Positions 58,246 to 64,000 of a stretch of 64,000 nucleotides of DNA are shown piece by piece; position 1 is the first letter of the stretch, and each line of letters begins with the position of its first letter. Origin of the DNA: Fonticula alba ATCC 38817 (lineage: Eukaryota > Protista > Nucleariida). The notes under the pieces were generated by a model that was given only the letters and a program-made list of their open reading frames with translations, was not told where the DNA came from and made no database searches. The DNA is taken from assembly GCA_000388065.2 (NCBI GenBank), contig KB932208.1. One strand, given 5' to 3'. The position numbers were made by a program, and so were the translations under genes.

Positions 58246-58724
58246 GCGCACACACACACACACACACACACACCATCAGTCACTCGGCTGATGTTCGACG
58301 AGACCCTGGACCGGCTGCTGGCTGGCCGCTGGGTCGTCCCCTTCACCCTGCCATCGGCCGCCGGCCCCACGCCGGAGCTCATCATCACTCGGGCCACCGG
58401 CATGGACGTGGCCGAGGCCCTGGCTAATGCCGACTCCTTGCCGACCAATCGCCTGAAGCGCGACCGGGCCACCTTGGACGAGGCCCTTGTGGCGGCCAAC
58501 CGCCGGGCCGAGTACTCGGCCCAGGGTGCCGCCAGCCTGGCTCGGCCGCTGACCGTGGCCGATCTCCGGTCCAACCCAGCGCGCGGCCTGTCCGGCGTGG
58601 ATGCCGAGCGCCGCGCGCGCGAAGAGAACTCCGGCGCTGGGGGTTCCCTCGCGGCTGCCTCGACCTCGGCCAACGAGGACAAGCTGGTGCGTGTGTCTGC
58701 GTGTCGCCCGCCGGGGCCGGAGGG

Positions 58725-58763
<39 letters not shown>

Positions 58764-60285
58764 GAGTTGCCCTGTCGGCCTTCACCCGCGCCCTGACCAT
58801 TGAGCATATCCCCCTGCCGGGCCGACGCCGCCGACGTCGCCGACGCCGCCGCCGCCGCCGGCGCGCATGCACACATGCGGGTGGCAGATTTTTCTTTCTC
58901 TCAACACCGATCGCTTCATGATGCATCTCCGGCATGAGGCCCTCATTGAGGCGGCCCGCCAGCGTGTGGCCCCGGCCGCCGGGGCTCTCCTCCAGACCAT
59001 CCTGTCGCTGGTGGAACCGGAGATGGCTGCTCGCTGCTCGGACCCGGTCACTCGCATCAAGAGCCGTGCGCATGGGGCTCTGTCTCCTTTGCCTTCCTCG
59101 CCACTCTTTCCCCTTCATTGCTTGTCTCCTCCCTGCTTCTTCCTCCCTTTCGTCCGCTCACTCGTCCCTCTCTCTCTCTCTCCTTTTACCCCACCCCCAC
59201 ATGGAACCTGCCGCTTGGAACCCCGTGTACCACCCAGCCGTCGTCACCCGTAACATGCTGGAACTCGCCATGCAACAGGGCGGCGCCAACAAGCATGGCA
59301 GCTTCATCAAATCCGAGGCCGGCCACGACCCGGCCGCCGACCTGGACACGCTGCTGGCCCTGCTGGCGCATCCGAACCCCATGCGCTTCCTCCGACGCCG
59401 AGGGGACCTCGGCGGCGGCACGTATTGGGTGGACATTCGTGCCGCGGTGGCCGGTCTCCAGCTGGCCGAGATCACGGCCATCCTGCGGGAACGCCTGGGC
59501 GACGCGTCGGCCCGGATCTTCCGCCTGCTGCTGGACAAGCACTACTTGGAACAGAAGGAGGTGCGTGCCTCGAAGGACAATGCTCGCTCCCCTCCCTCCC
59601 TCCCTCTCTGCCTCTGACCCCCCCCCCCCCCGGCGGACATGGCTCCGCTCTTGCTTTGCTGCCCCATGCCGGAACATGGCCAATCCCCTGGACATGCACA
59701 GATCGCCCAGACGGTGCTCATCCCATCGGCCGATGCGCGAGCCATCCTCTTCCAAATGATGGTCGAGGGCTTCATCTCGGTGCAGGTGCGCGCCCGGCCC
59801 TCGGTCCCCCCCCCCCTGCTTTTGATTTCTCGCCGCCCAGTCCCCTGTCCAGCACCCTCCTCCGCGCCGGCGGGTGGGTGTCTATGTCTGTGCAAGCACC
59901 TAACCTCCCCCCGCCCCCCCCCCCCTCCCCTGTCCTTGCACACATCACGCCACCGCAGGAGGTCCCTCGCACGCCGGATCGCGCCGTGGCCCGGTCACTC
60001 TTCCTGTTCTCGGCGTCGCTGCCCGAAGCCGTGGAACACACCTTCGACATGGCCACGCACATTGTCCTGCGCACGCGCCTGCGCCTGCGCTACGAGCTCG
60101 AAGTCAATGGCGTGGCCGTCATCGACCAGTGGGGCGAGCGCCTGCCGGCGGCCATCTCCCGACGGAAGGAGTTCCGCGACCGGCGCCGAGTCCGCTGGCG
60201 TGCCGAGTCCGCCGTCCAGAGCTCCATCGGGTCCTGGCTCCTGCTGGCTGGCTGGCATGTTGTGCTCAACCAGCGCCATGCATAG
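57568..60285 (+). CDS. POLR3C: RNA polymerase III subunit C3 (RPC62/RPC82); 5' exon not resolved, probably in or near gap 57206-57446
   Basis: NVAYALFSHGRSALAPLVRLTGLPSRKLAACLFVLVHHGIV (first winged helix), LNTDRFMMHLRHEALI, RIFRLLLDKHYLEQKE, AILFQMMVEGFISVQ|EVPRTPDRAVARSLFLF match RPC62 family patterns; AATAAA at ~60750. Confidence 0.88.
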
Positions 60286-60313
60286 AGAAAGGGAGCGCGC
60301 GAGTGAGTGAGCG

Positions 60314-60344
<31 letters not shown>

Positions 60345-62904
60345 AAGAAAGAGGACGCATGTGAGAGGGCGCCAGGACGATCCCGCTGTGCGCTCGCCCT
60401 GCCCGCTCCCCCCCCCCCCCCTCCCCTCCTATCTCTGTCTCTCTTTCTCTCACGTCCTCTTTCCATCCTCCTTTGCGTCTGCCTTGCTGGCGGGTGCGGA
60501 CAGGGAGGGTGGGGGGCGGCCATGCTCCGGTACACATGTGCGGAGCGAGGGAACTGCCTGTGGCATGTTTCTCCCCCTCTCCGTGTGTGTGTGTGTGCCT
60601 CCCCCCGCCTGCCTCGTCCATGCGCCAGGCGCGCGTGCGCATCTACTTTCACGCTTCGCCACAAGCAAAGGGCACGGCCGGTAATATATGTATATACATG
60701 TGCCTGTGTGTGTGTGTGTCCCGTACACATGTGCGCATGTGAGCCGGCGGAATAAATACATACACTCACGGAGAAGCATGCGAGGGGAATCGGCGGGGCG
60801 GCAGAGGGGCAACAAGAGCGGGGGCAGCGCGAGAGCGCGAGAAATAACAACCGCCACAGCCGAAGATGGGGCACATGTCAGCCCAGGCAGGCAGGCAGGC
60901 AGGCAGTGTAATGCCCTCTTGGCGGGATGGGGGGGAAAAAAAAAACACCGGCAGCACCCGCGCCCTTGGCGGGGGGGGGGGGGGGGGAAGAACGCGCAGG
61001 CGGGGGAAACAAGAACGAGCCCAGCCAACGATAGCATGCAAGAATGGCCGGGCGTGGTGAGGCGCGCGCGCGCACGGCGACCATCCACCGGGCGCGCCCG
61101 GGTTAAGGATCCGTGACCATTGACGATGCACGTGCGCCGCCCGGGGATCGCAAAGTCCCGCCCGCCCGTGTGCCGGCACCCACGGCGGGGGGGGGGGAGG
61201 GGGGGCCGGGCCACGGGCCGCCGCCCCCTCTCGGCGCGAGACCACACGCCGGGCCGCGCCACCCCGTGCGAACCCCCATGCGCGCCTCCGGTGGGGAGCC
61301 TCCCGGCCCATGGGTCTTGGCGAGAAATGGCTGCAGACCGGCAGCAGGCCGGAGGGAGGGGGCCCATTGAGACGAGGGCCGCGGCGGCGGCGGCGGCGCC
61401 CGCGGCCGGGCGAGACCGCCGGACGCGGCATCGAGCGCGTGCGCCCGTCCGCGGCCCATGCGAAGCGGGGTCGCCGGAAGGCCGGTGCAAGGGGGATGCC
61501 CGCAGCCGCACCGGGCCGCGGCACCCAGGGGGGCAGAGCCAGCCCGAGCCCAAGGCCCGAGGGGGAGGGGGCGCCGGGCGCAGGAGGCAGGCCGGGTCCC
61601 TCCTTCCCTTGCGGTGTTGCTGACGAGGGCGGCCAGGCGAATCACATCAACCAGAACCCGAGGCCGGGCGAGAGACACGGCCGCGACCATGGGAGGCTCA
61701 GATGACGGGCCCCCGGGGCGCGGGGGGCGCCGGAGCCAGGCCCGCCCGCAAGGCCCGAAGGCGGGGGGGGGGGACTCGGGATTCCCCCCCTTTGGAGGCT
61801 GGTCGCCTGGCGACCTGGGCCTAAGGGCAGACCCAGGACCGCTCACGCCCGGGCGTGCCCGTGAGCGGGCGCCGGTTGCCGCCCTCGTCCGGGCGCCGGT
61901 CCGGGGCGGGGGACGCCATGTCCTCGGGCTCTCGCCCGGCCTGTCTCTCGCCCGCCCCCACCCCCCCGCCTCGGGACTGGCCGCCGCCGGACAAGGGCAA
62001 GGGGAGGAGGGGGGGGGCCGCGAGCGGGGAGTTCCCGGCCCGGGCGACACAACCACCGGCGAGGCCTCATTAAGGGGCTCGCGAGAAATGACCCGCCTGA
62101 GAAAGCCCACCGGCGGCCGCCCCCGCCCGGCCTCCCCAGCCCGAGAGCGCTGGAGGTTCACGCCGGGGGGGGGGGGGGTGCGTGGGCGCACGCCCGGGCC
62201 CGCACGCCCGGGCCCGCCGCACGTGCCACATCCCCGGCTCTCCCCCTGTGCGTGGTGATATGATGTGCCCCGGGCCTGGGTGTCCCCACCCCTCCCCCCG
62301 CCTGTCCCTGTTGGCCTGCCCGTGTCTCCCCGGGCGGCAACCCCAGGCAGCCCGGCCCCTGCGCGCGCCAGTGTGGCGGGCGTCCGGTAGTTTCGAGGCC
62401 GAGACCGGGCGCCGGCCCCCGGGGCAGGCGGCAGGGGCGTCCTCGGCCAGGGGGGCCAGGCCGCACCCCCACCGCCCGCCTTCGCCCGGGCGCCCTGCCG
62501 AGAGACCAAGGGTGGCCGGCATGTCCGCCGACGGCCCGGCGCGCGCGCGCACACACACACACACAAACACACAAACACGACGCGCGCGCCGGGACAAGAA
62601 GAGAAGCCGCACCCCCGGCGGAGGAGCCCGGCAGAACAGGCAGCAGCCGGCCGGTGTGCTTCTCTGCCCCCGGGGGATGGGCCGGTGTCGCGGCCGGGGT
62701 CATTAAATAATAATCAAACTATATGGGCGCGTTATATTTTCCCCCCCGTGCACCGAGGTGTGCATGCTCGTCCTATATTCCGCCGGCCGCCGGCCGGACG
62801 ATGGCCGCCGGCAGCGTGAAGGTCCCGCCCGCCCGCCCCTCGCGGCTGCCGCGGCAGCTGGTCCGGGGGGAATGCCCCCAAGAACGCAGGGGGCGGGGGG
62901 CGCC

Positions 62905-62906
62905 GC

Positions 62907-62949
<43 letters not shown>

Positions 62950-63040
62950 TTGCCAGCGGCAGCAGCAGGCGCCGCGGTGGTCGCGCGCCCCAGGCCGGCC
63001 GCCGCGACAATAACAACAACAACAACAACAACAACAATAA

Positions 63041-63090
<50 letters not shown>
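62905..63090. repeat. Compound (CAA)n...(CAA)n(CAG)n trinucleotide microsatellite
   Basis: Two CAA arrays separated by a GC-rich spacer; the second grades into CAG. Confidence 0.9.
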
Positions 63091-63092
<2 letters not shown>

Positions 63093-64000
63093 GCCGCCCG
63101 CCTCAAGCCCAGAGTGGGGCAGGAAGGGACCAACGTGAGCGGCGGAGGCCGACGCCGGCCCGCAACAAGAATGCAGCGCCCGGGCGGGGCTCGGTCCACT
63201 CGCCGGGAGGTCACGGCTCCAGGCCGGTGCCGGCGGCGTCTCTCCCGCCACAACCCCCCTCGCCCCCCCCCCCCCCGCTCGGGCCCGGTCCCCGGCGACC
63301 GCGCGCGCGCGCCCTCTGCGAGGTTCACGCTCTTGGCCGCGGGCGCGCGTCCTGGGCGTTGATCGCCCCCCGCCCCAGCCCGCCCCGCCCCGGGCTCACA
63401 CGATGGGGTGTTCGTCATTGCCTCTCGCGCGCGCGCGCACGCCCGCGCCCGCGGAGAAATGTTGCTCCCTCGGTCTGGGGGCGCCGGCGGCGCCGCCAGG
63501 GGGGGGGGGCCGCCGGTCCTTGCCCGTGCCTGTAGGCGCGCACGCCGCGGCGGGCCAGGGGGGGGCGGGGGCCCGCCAGCCTGACCTTTGGGTTCCCCCC
63601 CCCCGGGGTGCGAGGTGCGGCCGAGGGGGGCGTCACCGGGGGGAGAGCGCGCGCCCGCGAGCACTTCCTGCACACCTGCTCGATAGGGCCAGGCGCTTGC
63701 CAATTCGCGCGCGGCGGCTCCGCCCCCCCCCCCCGCGAGGCCTGCCATCTTGGGCATCAGCGTGGGTGCACACCTTCCCGGCAGGGGACGGCCGGCCGGT
63801 GTGGCGAGGAAGGAGGCGCAGGGCGCGCGCGCCGGCGATGTTTGACATGCCCGCCGCGCCGTGTGAATGACCGCCGCCCCCGGCCGGGCTCCAAAATCCC
63901 AGCCCCGGCGATTGACCGCCGCCCACTCGCCCCGGGGGCTCGGGAGTCGCCGGTTGCCGGGCCCCCTCCAACCGGCGGGCAAATTTCCCCCCCCCCCCCC

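Noticed and set aside
62703-63251. Minus-strand ORF with poly-Ala/poly-Val hydrophobic runs (apparent TM protein)
   Set aside because: The hydrophobic runs are simply the reverse complement of the CAA/CAG microsatellite.
63525-63535. CGTGCCTGTAG resembling the SRP/7SL Alu domain
   Set aside because: Only 11 nt match, with no helix 8 motif or Pol III terminator.

Overview
Eukaryotic, very GC-rich, intron-rich genomic DNA with six assembly gaps (18133-18330, 27289-27721, 33133-33142, 33891-33951, 42010-42751, 57206-57446). Gene style and the fungal-like mitochondrial RNA polymerase suggest a holomycotan protist such as Fonticula alba (inference, not verified). Most ORFs in the supplied track are GC-driven shadow frames. 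Genes I reconstructed by hand from GT-AG splice sites, left to right: a partial orphan with three tandem HTH-like repeats (-); two tandem SAM-less SAMHD1-like HD dNTPases (-); a giant furin-like-repeat receptor kinase of TKL type (+); divergent tRNA-Gly(GCC) and tRNA-Phe(GAA); PP4R3/SMEK (-); an orphan C2H2 zinc-finger protein (-); a small basic orphan (-); an RSRC2/SMAP-domain protein (+); acyl-CoA oxidase (-) head-to-head with short/branched acyl-CoA dehydrogenase (+); a mitochondrial-type DEAD-box helicase (+); mitochondrial T7-like RNA polymerase (-); RNA Pol III subunit C3 (+); then about 3.7 kb with no convincing gene. The most interesting part is 0-19 kb. Both SAMHD1 paralogues share a CxC-x5-C-x7-H insert absent from human SAMHD1 and show a likely gene-conversion tract. 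They sit between the triple-HTH orphan and a receptor kinase whose ectodomain was recently expanded by internal duplication.
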